Below, one piece after another: positions 1 to 14,900 of a stretch of DNA of 64,000 nt. Position numbers and translations under genes: made by a program. Position 1 is the first letter of the stretch, and every line of letters starts with the position of its first letter. This stretch comes from Pecten maximus (Eukaryota), in NCBI RefSeq assembly GCF_902652985.1, contig NC_047027.1:37138001-37202000 (forward strand), in the 5' to 3' direction. The notes beneath the pieces are model-generated. The model was not told where the DNA came from. It saw only the letters and a program-made list of their open reading frames with translations, and ran no database searches.

Positions 1-514
1 CTTTTTAATTTGTCAATATTATTAGATAAGTTGTCGATGTCAAATGAAAAGTGTTGAATGTAAAAATCTAGATTTAAATTATCTTGGAGATGTATAGTCG
101 GTTTCATTGATAGACTTCTTTAATTAGGTGTAATGAGTCGTGGCTGCCATTGTTCCTCTGACTGCCACTGTCAACTACTGATGTTTAACTTGACTCTGAA
201 ATATTATAGAAAGTGGGCATTAGTATCTAGGACTCTTTTTGGAGTTCGTGATGATTTTAATATATGTTTCAGTCAACTGTACATGATTTATTATGTTTAT
301 TTTATGTAATTTATTTAGAACTATATAGTTCCTATGCGCAAAGACTGTTATGGGGGTCAACGGAGTCATCCAGCCAATCAGAGGGCCGCTAGTCTTCCGG
401 CCGAGGGGTTGAGCACAGAGTCTCGGAATCTCTGTTTCTCCAGTACCAGCCGCATTACGCTCAGAACGTCGTGAACTAGACATTATTAGTGGTTTATTTA
501 GGTAAAGATAGACA

Positions 515-1295
515 CTCATAAACTTCTAGAGTGCGGCTCCTTGCCTTTTAGAGTTGCATGTGGTTATTGCTCTAGAGTGCGGCTCCTTGCCTTTTAGAGT
601 TGCATGTGGTTATTTATTTATTATTAGGTTAGGTTTGATATTCAAGCTGCTAGAGTGCGACTTATCGCCTCTTTGAGTTGTCTATGATTATTTATTTATT
701 ATTAGGTTAGGTTTGACATTCAAACTTCTAGAGAGCGGCTCTTGGCCTCTTTGAGTTGTCTATGATTATTTATTTATTATTAGGTAAGGTTTGACATTCA
801 AACTTCTAGAGAGCGGCTCTTGGAGATGTATGTGGCTATAAACTTATCATTTGGTTAAGTTTGACATTCAAACTTCTAGAGAGCGGCTCTTGGAGTTGCA
901 TGTGGTTATTTATTTATTATTAGGTTAGGTTGTTAGATACTTCTAGAGTGCGCCTGTTCGCCTTGTTGAGTTGTGTTTGGCTACTTATTTATTATTAGGT
1001 TAGGTAAGACATTCAAGCTTCTAGAGTGCGGCTCTTGGCCTCTTAGAGTTGCCTGTGGTTATTTATTCTAGAGTGCGGCTCATGGCCTCTTAGAGTTGCC
1101 CGTGGTTATTTATTCTAGAGTGCGGCTCTTGGCCTCTTAGAGTTGCCCGTGGTTATCTATTCTAGAGTGCGGCTCTTGGCCTCTTAGAGTTGCCTGTGGT
1201 TATTTATTCTAGAGTGCGGCTCTTGGCCTCTTAGAGTTGCCTGTGGTTATTTATTTTAGAGTGCGGCTCATGGCCTGTTTGAGTTGCATGTAGTT
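515..1295. repeat. minisatellite with 47-bp and ~70-bp unit variants
   Basis: Recurrent ctagagtgcggctcttggcctcttagagttgcctgtggttatttatt. Confidence 0.9.
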
Positions 1296-4200
1296 ATTTC
1301 ATTAATAGTTAATTACCAGTTGATGGTTGGTTATGAGTGAATTATAAGTTATCGAACAGTAAAGATTGTCTTCCTTTAGTTGAAAGTCAATATTGAAAAT
1401 AGAACACTGTATTATCTTTTCTGTACTTACCATCATTTCGTTACATGTAACATAATTGAAAAATAAATACAATGCCTTGTGTATTGCTGGAGAATTTCTG
1501 TTGGTCATATTCATTGTCAGTGTAATTAACTAATAATCAGAAACTGTATTTGATACTTTATAAATGCTGACTTTTTCAGTTCTAGATAAAACATGCTGAG
1601 ACTTTAATTACTGGCTTGAATTTTCTTTCATTCATCTGAATCGTTATTGGATAAGCTAGTAGTCTGGACATGAAGGCTGAAGCAACGGATATATATATGT
1701 ACAAGTTTATAGAGATTGACCGAAGCTGTGACTTGGGGGTGGATACTGATTGCTACCAAGAGCTACCAATTGATACCACACCCACGGTTTCAGGGTTTGT
1801 CACAGTGGTGGCAGCGGTCCATTGGAATAGCTGTTCTATATCACGGAGATATAAATCGACACTGATCTTTCTCTCCAGATGGAGGATCCTGAAGAGAGTC
1901 CATCCTCCCCTGCTACCGGAGAACCCGACGTCCTACAGGCTGATTCCATTGAGACAACAACAAGTGGACAAACATTTTAGGTTCCAGAATCCCCTGGGGA
2001 GTGTAGTGGGGAGAGCATCCTTAGGTACAGCTAGAGAGCTACAGCATAGCGGAAACAAACACTGGCCAAATCACTTGTTTTGAGTTTTGAAAATGAAGAT
2101 GGTATATGGTGTCGCATGTGAACGATCAATGTCTTGGTATTGGTGTCTGGTCCACCATGGTAGCACACTACAGTAGGACAGCCTGGCCATGGGCGATTTT
2201 TTGGTTAAGCAAATAACTCCTGTATTATGATATGCATAAAAAATGTATACTATAATTGGTATATTCAGTATGAAGTAGTACATACAGGCTTAAAACAAAA
2301 ATTAATAAATTGGTTTCGGATTTTCCGCAAGTGTGTTTACACAGTTTTGCCTAGAACGAAAAATGGAAGCCCACAGAAAAGGTCAGATAGCGGGAAAACT
2401 TGATTTACAACATATGTCAAAACAAGATTAATTCTGTCTTTGGGATAGAGATATTTAATTTTAAATAGGTTTCAGAAAAAAAAATTGTGTAGAGAATTGT
2501 GTCATTTTGGGTCAAATATAATATTTTGCAATTTTTGAGCATTTGTTAAGCTGTTACCATGGTATTCACAGCTCTAAAAATCACAGAAAAACTTTATTAG
2601 AGGTTATATGTAGGGTTAACTGGCAATGTTTACATATCTAAAACATGTGCCATATTTTTCAGAATTGGGCATTTTTACTGTACACTTCTACCCAAGGAAG
2701 TTGGGGACCTGGAATTTGTCTGGGGAGCCGGTACTATGTCTACTCATTTGTCCGCCAGGCATCCAGGAGCAAGTGAAGAGTTGAATCCCCACATACTTAT
2801 GGTAGACTTGCGAGACTCTAGACTGACAAGAGAGGTTAATTTGACCCTTTTTTGCCCAGCCAATCAGCCCCTGGGGGTATGTAAGCACCAGTATGAGCAT
2901 ATGAGTATGAGCATATCATATAAATGTCATCCCATGCCGATAATGTTAACCAAGTTAGAATGAATTCCAATAGACATGAACAAATGACAATCTAAAATGT
3001 CATTTTGCTATATAAACTATAGTAAAGAATACCTCCCCAGGGGCAAACTTGTTTGGTAAAGCACTGGAGACCTTTCTAGCTGTGAAAAGTATTTGATTCT
3101 ACCACATCTGGAAGTTCAGAAGATTTTTTTTAAATTTTAGTAAATTTGACCCTTTTTGGCTCCGTCCCTCCGGCCCCTTGAGTGGGGACCATATAATTCT
3201 AAATCTTGGTTGACACTTGACCAGTGAAGGTTTCCGCCAAATTTCATTGAATTTGTTTCAGCGGTTTTGGAGAAGAGGTTAAAGATTTAATTTGTTTACA
3301 ATCGTGAAAATCTTAATCCTCTGAAACTTTGTCTTATGTGACCTAAAAAGATTATATAGAATGTAATAATGGTGTAATTGGAAGATAGGACACCACTCTG
3401 TCGTCTGTGAAAATTTCGTTTAGTACCCTAGTCAAATTGCATGTTGATCAAAAGGTTACCCTTCTCAAAATGAATAGCCTTCTAGCCCAATAATATCATG
3501 GGTCAAACTATCTAATACATTTGGAGATAGTTGCTATGTAAAACAAATGGGAATAAGATGATATGACATGCGAACTTGCTGTTGCTCTGCTTGTGGTGTT
3601 GGGTTATTTGACACGATTGATGAGGCAGCGAGAGCTAGTATGGAATATAAGTCCTTCTGGTAGAAGAAGAGGACGTCTGTCTCATCTGAGATTGTATCAA
3701 AAGCAAGAAAATTGAGCTGACAGAACCCGTAGATCAAAACTGGACTTCATCAGACAGTTATAAAATCTGTGGATGACCTGCAGCGGTTGTACATAGGCTT
3801 TTGTGCATTGAATTGATCAGTGTATTGACACTCCTCATTGGTATAGGTTTCCCTTCCTCGTGATCCTGCTAAAGCGTCAGTCGTCACACACGGCCGACCA
3901 TTTCGGAGACAGTCTGCAATCCTCCCTGTGGTACAGAGTCTCCGGATGAGACGGCAAATGGTCGATGGATGGACTCAAAATTGATCGGTCTGATCGTGGG
4001 AGGTACCTTGCATAAGAAGTGATATTGTACTGTACGTTCCCTCAACTTCCTAAAGTCATTTTAAGGTTAATTCTTTGCGCTAAAAACTTGTAAACCAAGA
4101 CGGATATATCTGAGGAGTTGTTCACAGAAATTTTGAGCCGATCCTTCAGACTGGGCTCTGAATATAGTGTATTTTCATTATCATTTGAACAGTCGGTCAT

Positions 4201-4564
4201 GGCAGTTTGTGTGTTACAAATCAGCAAATTTGAATAGTGTACCCAAGAAAGAAAGCCTTAATGGGCAAAACTTTATCAAGTTTCAGCGATTTCATTTCTT
4301 TATTCTTTTACTTTAATTTGGGACCAATCCGTAAGCAAAATGCATCACTATTTGGAACCAATCTTCAAACATTTTCGTCTGAACGTATTGCAGACCAATC
4401 TGTAACTAGCTAACGGCAAATCACGCCTCGATTTTAATAGTTCACCCAACTTTGCCAGGGATTCGCAGTTGTCTATGAACTAGCATCTGATAAATGTCCA
4501 AAACAATTATTTTATATTTCTACTTGTCTTAATCAGAGAGTATAAATAAGCGAATGTGAAGTTT

Positions 4565-4757
4565 AATTTTTTTTAACGTCCTATTAACAGCCAGGGTCAT
4601 TTAAGGACGTGCCAGGTTTTGGAGGTGGAGGTAAGCCGGAGTACCCAGAGAAAAACTACCGGCCTACGGTCAGTACCTGGCAACGGCCCCACGTAGGTTT
4701 CTAACTAGCAACCCAGAGGTGGAGGGCTAGTGTTAAAGTGTCGGGACACCTTAACCA
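4565..4757 (-). mobile_element. tRNA-derived SINE, 5'-truncated copy
   Basis: Near-identical to the other five copies; lacks the first ~15 nt of the head. Confidence 0.85.
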
Positions 4758-6782
4758 GTGTAGTTTAAAGTGCACTACTGCCTTCTGTGATCAAATTGAC
4801 CTGCCATCTTGAAAAGATCATTCCCTAATGGGAAAACAACAGTGGAAACAAGAATCCAAGAAACAAAGAATTTAGACTTGTCTGGTGTAAAGACCATACA
4901 AATACATCTTGCTAAAAAGAAAGAGGATAAAAGTCTAGAAACACGATCATTCGTCATAGCAGTCCGAAACAATAAATATAAATGCCTTAAGAGGACAAAA
5001 GAAAACAGTAGACCTAAGTCGAGGAGTGAGAAACAAGAAGTTACCTAAGGTGTTAATATCTAGTGTGTCTTTTTCTCAATTTGTACTGAAAGGTGTTAAT
5101 ATCTAGTGTCTTACTTTCAATTTGTAACGAAAATTGTTAATATCTAGTGTGTCTTACTCTCAATTTGTACCTAAGGTGTTAATATCTAGTGTCTTACTTT
5201 CAATTTGTAACGAAAGGTGTTAATATCTAGTGTCTTACTCTCAATTAGTAATGAAAGGTGTTAATATCTAGTGCGTCTTACTCTCAATTTGTACCAAAAG
5301 GTGTCAATATCTAGTGTGTCTTACTCTCAATTTGTACCGAAAGGTGTTACTATCTAGTGTCTTACTCTCAATTTGTACTGAAAGGTGCCAATATCCAGTG
5401 TCTTACTCTCAATTTGTACCGAAAGGTGTTACTATCTAGTGTCTTACTCTCAATTTGTACTGAAAGGTGTAAATATCTAGTGTGTCTTACTCTCAATTTG
5501 TACCGAAAGGTGTTACTATCTAGTGTCTTACTCTCAATTTGTACTGAAAGGTGTTAATATCTAGTGTCTTACTCTCAATTTGTACCGAAAGGTGTTAATA
5601 TCTAGTGTCTTTTTCTCAATTTGTACCGAAAGGTGTCAACATCTAGTGTGCCTTACTCTCAATTTGTACCAAAAGGTGTTAATATCTAGTGTGTCTTACT
5701 CTCAATTTGTACCGAAAGGTGTTAATATCTAGTGTGTCTTACTCTCAATTTGTACTGAAAGGTGTTAATATCTAGTGTGTCTTACTCTCAATTTGTACCG
5801 AAAGGTGATAATATCTAGTGTGTCTTACTCTCAATTTGTACTGAAAGGTGTTAATATCTAGTGTGTCTTACTCTCAATTTGTACCGAAAGGTGATAATAT
5901 CTAGTGTGTCTTACTCTCAATTTGTACTGAAAGGTGTTACTATCTAGTGTCTTACTCTCAATTTGTACTGAAAGGTGATAATATCTAGTGTGTCTTACTC
6001 TCAATTTGTACCGAAAGGTGTTAATATCTAGTGTCTTTTTCTCAATTTGTACCGAAAGGTGTCAATATCTAGTGTGCCTTACTCTCAATTTGTACCAAAA
6101 GGTGTTAATATCTAGTGTGTCTTACTCTCAATTTGTACCGAAAGGTGTTACTATCTAGTGTCTTACTCTCAATTTGTACTGAAAGGTGTAAATATCTAGT
6201 GTGTCTTACTCTCAATTTGTACTGAAAGGCGTTAATATCTAGTGTGTCTTACTTTCAATTTGTACCGAAAGGTGATATCTAGTGTGTCTTACTTTCAATT
6301 TGTACCGAAAAGTGTTAATATCTAGTGTGTCTTACTCTCAATTTGTACCGAAAGGTGTTAATATCTAGTGTGTCTTACTCTCAATTTGTACCGAAACGTG
6401 TTAATATCTAGTGTGTCTTACTCTCAATTTGTACTGAAAGGTGTTAATATCTAGTGTGTCTTACTCTCAATTTGTACTGAAAGGTGTTAATATCTAGTGT
6501 GTCTTACTTTCAATTTGTACCGAAAGGTGATAATATCTAGTGTCTTACTTTCAATTTGTACCGAAAGGTGTTAATATCTAGTGTCTTACTCTCAATTTGT
6601 ACTGAAAGGTGTTAATATCTAGTGTCTTACTCTCAATTTGTACTGAAAGGTGTTAATATCTAGTGTGGCTTACTCTCAATTTGTACTGTAAGGTGGTAAT
6701 ATCTAGTGTGTCTTACTCTCAATTTGTACTGAAAGGTGTCAATATCTAGTGTGGCTTACTATCAATTTGTACCGAAAGGTGT

Positions 6783-7813
6783 TTTTTTAGTTTAAACATA
6801 TTTTATTGTCAATTAAGTGAACAAAAGGATAAGGCACAAGTTATGTCAACTTATTGACGCCCTCTCCTAAATACAATATAATATCTATTGGCCTAGACAA
6901 TATTAATGAAATATAACACATCATATACATGTATATATAGTACGAATGTATATCTTAAAATCTTTTGCTGGACTTTATAAAATAATGCACATGTCTGAAA
7001 ATATTTAGATTTACATTATCGGCATACAGTTTGGTTTGTTTTTGTTTAACGTCCTATTAACAGCCAGGGTCATTTAAGGACGTGCCAGGTCTTGGAGGTG
7101 GAGGAAAGCCGGAGTACCCGGAGAAAAACCACCGGCCTACGGTCAGTACCTGGCAACTGCCCCACGTAGGTTTCGAACTCGCAACCCAGAGGTGGAGGGC
7201 TAGTAATAAAGTGTCGGTACACCTTAACCACTCGACCACCGCGGCCCCTAAATCGGCATACAGATTGTTACCATACAATAAAGTATTCAATGTTATATTA
7301 ATATTTAAGTTTCTTAAATTGTCAAATAAAATGCCTCTGCAATTTACATACTTTTCACATTCAAAGAAATAATGATAGGCACTCTCGCAACGATTTCCAC
7401 AACTACAATCTGGACTATTTATGAGATTTACACGGAACAAATCATAATTCAATGCACTGCATCTATGCCGTAATTTAGTATGGATAATATTTGTCTTTCT
7501 GTCACCAAAATTATAAAATGTTGGGTATTTATCTTCATCAGACCTGGATATACTTTTTTTAAAAGTTGCCAAGGAAGGAGATGATCTAGTAGATTCATCC
7601 AGGTCATTCCACATGTGTAGAGATGAAGGTATAAAGGAGGAGGTAGTAAGGGAGAGTCTGTAGTGGGGAATTCTGTAATTATTGTTAGTTCGTAAGATGT
7701 AGTTGTTAGTATCGCCAACATTTGGAGGAAGAAGAGAATTAAGATAATGTGGAGTTAAGTTCCTATCCATTTTGTAGAATAGACTTAATTTTCTTCGTTT
7801 TCGTCTCTCAGAG
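6783..7813 (-). mobile_element. 5'-truncated CR1-group LINE 3' end (ORF2 C-terminus plus 3' UTR)
   Basis: ORF LSERRKRRKLSLFYKM...SFIPSSLHMWN.L...LRHRCSALNYDLF...CSCG...ESAYHYFFEC; tail AATAAAATATGTTTAAACTAAAAAAA. Confidence 0.8.
7030..7248 (-). mobile_element. tRNA-derived SINE (V-core-like) inserted in the LINE fragment
   Basis: A box TGGTCGAGTGG, B box GTTCGAAAC, core GTGGTTTTTCTCCGGGTACTCCGGCTTTCCTCCAC, (AAAC)n tail; flanking direct repeat atcggcatacag at 7018-7029 and 7252-7263. Confidence 0.9.
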
Positions 7814-9254
7814 AGTGTTAATATATAGTGTCTTACTTTCAATTTGTACCGAAAGGTGATGATAGCTAGTGTCTTACTCTCAATTTGTACCGAAAGGTGT
7901 CAATATCTAGTGTGTCTTACTCTCAATTTGTACCGAAAGGTGTTAATATCTAGTGTGTCTTACTCTCAATTTGTACTGAAAGGTGTTAATATCTAGTGTC
8001 TTACTCTCAATTTGTACCGAAACGTGTTAATATCTAGTGTGTCTTACTCTCAATTTGTACCGAAACGTGTTAATATCTAGTGTGTCTTACTCTCAATTTG
8101 TACTGAAAGGTGTTAATATCTAGTGTGTCTTACTCTCAATTTGTACCGAAACGTGTTAATATCTAGTGTGTCTTACTCTCAATTTGTACCGAAAGTTGTT
8201 AATATCCAGTGTGTCTTACTTTCAATTTGTAACGAAAAGTGTTAATATCTAGTGTGTTTTACTCTCAATTTGTACTGAAAGGTGTCAATATCCAGTGTGT
8301 CTTACTCTCAATTTGTACCGAAAGGTGTTAATATCTAGTGTCTTACTCTTAATATGTACTACAGGATATAATTCGTACATAGTGTGTGTAGAGGAGGGCG
8401 CATGGATTTTGCAAAAAAAATTTGATTGCTTAATAAGTCTTTTTTTTTTTCAATATAATGACTCAAAAAAAAGCAGTTAAGTAACGGAACGGGGACATCA
8501 ACCTGAAATTTTATCAAATGTAACAACTTTTTTTTTTATCATTTTTAATAAAAGTATTGAACTCTCAAGTACAAGTCTTAATTGTTTCAAACAAAAGGTA
8601 AAATGCTAAAAACATTACCAATATTTGATTTTCTATAGAGAAATCTATGGAGAAACAAATGGTGTAGAATATTCATCAATATTCGCTATAAGTGTAGCAT
8701 AGCGTAGTGCAATCAACTGGGGGAAACCGACAATGTGACAGCACAGCAGGGTACATTTTCTCGATTTCCCAAGAAACACTTTCCCAGAAACATCAAGAAC
8801 TGTATTCATGAAGTCGTACTCGTGCTCAAATACATATACAATGTACATAATTGTAAGGCCGGTTTTCAAAAGTAATTTTTGGTATATTTTAACAGGAACC
8901 AGACACAGAATCGGTCCGGTGTTCGGAATTCAGAGGGATCGGTATTTGGAGGTTTTTTAATACTATAATAAAGAAGGACCAATTCCGTACAATGACAATT
9001 CGTTCGGTTTTCAGAGGTGTTCGGTTTTTAGAAGGTTCGGTTTTCGAAAGTTGCAATGTATTTTGTGATAAAACAGAATTTTTAATTTTTCAATGATTTG
9101 AAATATTTTGGAAAGACTGAGTGAGATGTCATTTGGAGGTTTAGGTTTTTTTCTGTTAAAATGATATTTCATGATTTAGCCCAGTTTAAAGAAATTAAAC
9201 CATTTGTACAGATTTCGTGTTTGAGCATGACTCCGTGGATACAGGCCTAGAAGT

Positions 9255-9302
9255 TAAGAAAGACAAAAAACACAGGACTATTTACTCATTAGATGATTTA
9301 TT
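9255..9302 (-). terminator. candidate polyadenylation signal and downstream GU/U-rich element of the RhoGAP gene
   Basis: Minus strand AATAAA (9302-9297), ~20 nt, then tgtgttttttgtctttc; implies a ~6.1 kb 3' UTR. Confidence 0.5.
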
Positions 9303-11748
9303 GAGTATGAGCGTCATCACACACGTGACACGTGTTGCTGTGTCGGTACTGTGTGATGATGTATATATGTATATATATGATATTCAGTAAATAATAAATA
9401 TTATGCTACAATCTGAACATTATTTCTACAAACAAACATGGTTACGTGACCAGTCAACAGATGTGTAACGATTTAAAACACATGATAGTCACAGTTAAAA
9501 CCCCTGTATACACATGTGTTACTATGGGAAATCTACAATGTGTACGACAAAAATGTCACTCTCACAACACCATACTTCACAAATTCAGTCTTATTCCCTC
9601 ATTTGGCAATGTTCCATACTCTTGATTTCCCCAAATTTTCCTCCAGACTTAAACTTACTCTATTTTGTTACTTTCTAACAAAACTGTACAAAATTTACTT
9701 TCATTTTGCTGTCAAATTTTAACACTAGCCTCGTCTCTTCATATTGACCAAATTACACAAATTCATTCATCTACTACCTATATGAATCCATTTTTATTTG
9801 TCTGTCTGTACATATTCCAGTCTTCTGAAACTATTTGGCACATAAGTTCCTATACAACTAGATCTATTACCCTATTTGGCTCACATTGGTATAAATAATC
9901 CACCCCCTTCTCCCACTATTTAGCATTAATCTGTTCTAATCCGTCGATCTTAATCCCTGTTTTCTAGTCATTTTCATGGCCCCTAGCTGCTTATTATTGA
10001 TAAACTTGGCCCAATTTTCAATTTAATTTCTATAAATTCATTTTTTAGTTTATCTCCTTTTTTACTAGAATATGTCCACCGATGTCTTAATGTCTCCTTC
10101 CATTAAGTCTGACAGCATCCATCACCCCATTACTTTTGCCTGCTTGTTAATATTTTCTGACACGATTTTGCGCTCCCCCAAATATTCCAGCTGATCTCAT
10201 GGTTGAAGTAAAGATGTATTTGTCTTGTAGAAGACAATTAAGTTTCAGAATATAGATAACATTATGATAATAGTTATTGCGCCAACCTGGTACAGAAATT
10301 TGCACAACCAACAAATCCAGACTTTCTTATCGACAAAATTAAAGGGAGGTAATTCCCTATTTTTAAGTAAGTTGCAAGTTTTAACCTGTGTTTGGCCTAT
10401 ATTGTTGAGAATACTGGTATCGAGAATACTGGTTATCAGGCAATTAAGACTGCTGATTGTCGCCCGCTAAGTCTGCTGATATTTATATTCCTAAAGAACA
10501 AATTTCATAAGCAGATTCATTATTTAAGAAATCACAATTAATGTTTAAAAAAAAAGTCAGAAAATAGAGAATGAACCACTAGATTAAGCAAGTGTTATTT
10601 TTTAAACACGAGTCTATCAACATAGTTAATATCAAACTCTGAACCTGTCGATATAATGAAATTGACGCACTAAGTAACACAATGACCTAAGTAGTAAGAG
10701 TCATAAAAACGTCTATTAAAAACAAAATGTTTTGTCAAAGGGATATGGCTAGCAGTTCTTCTCAAAATAAACTTGGTTTAAATTGATGGCGATAAGCTTA
10801 ATTGTGGATAATTTTTTTTTTTTTTTTTTATGTATCTACAAGAATCCTAAATTCCATAGGTCGTCCATTTTTCTTTCTTTTAGATATTGCTTACAAGAAT
10901 CTTAAATTCCATAGGTCGTCCATTTTTCTTTTTTTTAGATATAACTACTAGAATCCTGAAATCCATAGATCGTCCATTTCCATACACTGTCTGGCCCACA
11001 TTCATACGACAAAACACACGTATATAATGATTATTGTCAACATATTATTGCATATATTAGTTGTAATAGGAAGAGGAGGAACCGCTAGGATGAAATCAGT
11101 ATTACAATGTAAATGTTTGTATACCTGTTATTAAAATCACACAAAACATTTTTCCCTAACAAAATGAATGTGTACATTAGTTATAATGTTATATATATAT
11201 GGGACAATATTTAATATTAAGCAATTGTTAGCTTTTTTCAGTGTGTGAAGCCGAGGCCGGACGTGAAATGGCAGTTATAAGTTCATCAACTCATGAATAA
11301 CGTTTAGTACATACTATACTGGAACATATACGCAAACAAGTTATCTCCCCTGAAGGAACTCATATTACACTGAAAACATGGAATTCAAAGGCACAATAAC
11401 ATACCAGGCCAGTTATAACCCTGTATTTCTGATAAAATGTAACATTTATACCCAAATTATTTTGTAATTTATTTATTTTGAAAAATTAACATTGTATTTG
11501 TTTACAGTGAGTAAATCACGGCTGTAAACTAAACTTCCATCCAGGCTACAGGGATTATTTTGGGTTACCAAATGGATTGGTCATTTTCAAGGAAAAGAAC
11601 TATCTGTTATATGATTTATGGGCCATTTATAGAAATTTGAAGGATTTTTCTGAATCATGTGGGTAATTACGGAAAATTGTTGGCCAATGACCCCCTCCAA
11701 AATGATCCCCGAGACAATGACACGACTCCAGTCTAACTGAATTTAAGG

Positions 11749-11971
11749 TTTGGTTTGTTTGTTTTTGTTTAACGTCCTATTAACAGCCAGGGTCATTTAA
11801 GGACGTGCCAGGTTTTGGAGGTGGAGGAAAGCCGGAGTACCTGGAGAAAAACCACCGGCCTATGGTCAGTACCTGGCAACTGCCCCACGTAGGTTTCGAA
11901 CTCGCAACCCAGAGGTGGAGGGCTAGTGTTAAAGTGTCGGGACACCTTAACCACTCGGCCACTGCGACCCC
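11749..11971 (-). mobile_element. tRNA-derived SINE in the putative 3' UTR
   Basis: Full-length copy; tttaaggt on both flanks (likely TSD). Confidence 0.9.
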
Positions 11972-14900
11972 TTTAAGGTATACTCCGCTGAAGAACAAGT
12001 TTGTGAAAAAGGATTGGCCCATCTCCAAATCTCTTGGTTAAGAGGTTATCTGAACACCAAGAACGATGCTGGAAACAAGCAATTTTCAGTGATAATTTTG
12101 GAAAAATGTATATATAGGGAATCTTGACCATCATCCTGTGTTATCAGGCTGGACTACGTATATACATAACCAATGTACAAACAGGCTTATCTCATTACAG
12201 TTCCTTGTTTCTCTTTCGCTGAAACAGCGTCTTATTTCATTGATCCACAGTGTTAAATGGACACTAGAAATCATTTCTTGCAAAATGTTAAATTGTATAA
12301 AAAGAAAACATGTCTACTGGCAAACTCTTTCACAATCATAGCATTTAAAATAATACAGTATACAAAATATTAATGATTTCAGTGAGGGGAAAAAGAAAAT
12401 AGTCATCTATTGCACATAGCATCAATCAAATATGTTCTTCTTGCCAAATACACATTGAAATGTGTGATAATGTTTTCCCCGTTAAAAATGTGTTAATTAC
12501 AGAGTGATATTCAGGTAATGAGATGTATTAGGGGCGTGGGACTTTCTAATAAGTGAGATTCTGTTCAACCTCCCCAGTGTAGTGGCCCCGCCACACACCT
12601 CGGAGAATACAGTACAGCACAAGGAACACTGCGAGAAATTGTGAGAGCAAGCTGTAAACATGGAAATTTACGTAAGGGGAAAATTTTACGCTAAATACAC
12701 GAAGGTCATTTGGACCCAAAAAAGTCCCAACTGAATATTATTGTGATTTATGAGGTATTAATACAATAGGTGAAAACGAAAATTAGAAGAAAAGTTGAAC
12801 CCTCAAGAAAATAACCACTTTCAGAGTAAAGAAAAAATATGTTAATTCTGATGGAGTGTAATGTAGACTATTGTGTGAATTCATGTTCAGAATCAACAAC
12901 TTAAGTGGACCTCACGGTTAAGTACAAAGTTAGAAATTCATAAAATCAAGTGTTCACCAAATTTTAAGTAATCATAATTGGCCGTTATTGCTGATAGTTG
13001 AAGGTCATCTTTTAGATATAAATACTAAAATTCTCTTAACCGAACATATAAATGCAAATAATCTACCAAAATTTGGTACAGAATGATTTGATATCTTTTA
13101 AGGAAGGATTACTGAAATCTACAATTAAAAAAAACGCTGCCAAGGGAAGTCACAATGCTAACTTGTCTTGCTAATTTTAAAACCGATGCTACGTATATAC
13201 CAACTCTATGACAAATATTGCTAAACTTAATGAACGATTTGATAAAAGATGTTAATTGATGACAGATGTTGCTTACATTTTACTTAATGATCTCAACGCC
13301 GCTAACTTCGTAATTATTGCACTGATTCTGTCAAAGACGTTAGGTTGTTAACTTGATGACCATTGTCACTACCTTCATAAAAAAGGTTGTTTATTTATAG
13401 ATATTTTGGAATTGTTAGTTACATGAAAAGAAACACTCATCCATAAACTGATTTCTTTGATCCCCTATTTAAGTACACGGTAAGAGAGTCATTAAAATTG
13501 CCTGTCTATCTTTTTTTCAATTCATTGATTAAGTTTTCTTCAAATTCAAAAAATCTATTGTTGTTGCACATTCTCAGAACCAATTTAATTTCTCAAGGAC
13601 TTTAAAAATAAACTGTCTGTATAGACTAAGTGTTCATTTTATTTGTTTGTTGGAGATTTTGCTACACATCTGTAGAACGAATGAAAAATTTCAAATTGGA
13701 GATACAGATACAGGTAAAAGGTCTCTAAAACTTACAAATGCTGCGTTATGTGGACTATCTATTTCACATAATTAAAAGATTAAAACAAAATATTATGTAC
13801 TGGGCCCCAATTTCAAGTTTTTATAAATATTCTATACAATTTTTAATAATTTAAAAATCAGATCTTTACGTACGAAATCACTGGATACTCCTCTTCTTAA
13901 CCCAAGCAAGAGAAAAAAAAAAAAAATTATCATAGAAACTATAAATGACTAAAGTCTGAGCTTAACCCAATTAAAAGGTAAAATGTTGATTAATCCAAGA
14001 CACAAAATTATATTGGTCAGCTTAACCCAAGTAAAAGGTAAAATGTTGATTAATCTAAGACACAAAATTATATTGGTCAGCTTAACCCAATGAAAGAAAC
14101 AACTGAATTGATCACCATGAATGTAGCTTAGAAACTGGGGCCTAGTATTATAAAGTTCATCTATCAGTTAAAAACAGAATATGTGCAGCAGTTTAAAAGT
14201 ACAATGAATTGGATGAGGGTGCTGTATAAAATGCTACATAACTATATAACTACAATCACAACCAGATATAGTATAGTCCCCTCACACGACACATTCATCC
14301 TCAGCTAGACACCGCATTACTAAAATCTTAAAAAGTATTAAAAGAAATTAAAATACTTTGTTTTCTGTGTCCTTTTTGGCATCATCTCTCACAAACGTTA
14401 GACAGTACCGTATCTGGCTATGACTGTCACTACACTGAGTATCCACCAAGATAATTCATTATGACTAGACTGTTCGACTCCTGTTATAATTTGTACAAGA
14501 TACACCAACATACTGGAGTTTCAATTCCTTTCTTTCCAAACATGAAATGCAATTTATAACTTTATATATAAAAAAAAAAAAAAATGTCAAGATTTTATAC
14601 CCTGACCTTTCACCCTGACCATGCCCTTTGAACTCCTGATGATCAGCACTTTGACCTGTTCAGAAAGCACTTCAAATATTTATACTGACCAAAATAAATC
14701 AGTATCACACACTCCGTAATAGCAGACTTCTATTTATAGAGTCACATCTACATAGGTCCAAGAAATATATTAAAATCGCATCTTTACAGTTTTTACCTAA
14801 AAAGGTCAAATCTGCATTAACACAAACCTCTGTATATTGGTAACCCTTGTTTAGAGCACACTTCTCCATGACAGTTCATAACATACCGTATGCAAAAGAG

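Larger units (their letters stand above)
5045..8360. repeat. 41/43-bp satellite interrupted by a LINE fragment (6783-7813)
   Basis: gaaaggtgttaatatctagt(gt)gtcttactctcaatttgtacc repeated on both sides of the insertion. Confidence 0.95.

Noticed and set aside
7057-7842. 261-aa ORF as a host gene
   Set aside because: Chimera of satellite, LINE ORF2 3' end and SINE
11860-11971. tRNA gene
   Set aside because: A and B boxes are present but it is the head of a multi-copy SINE with core and tail, with no clear cloverleaf
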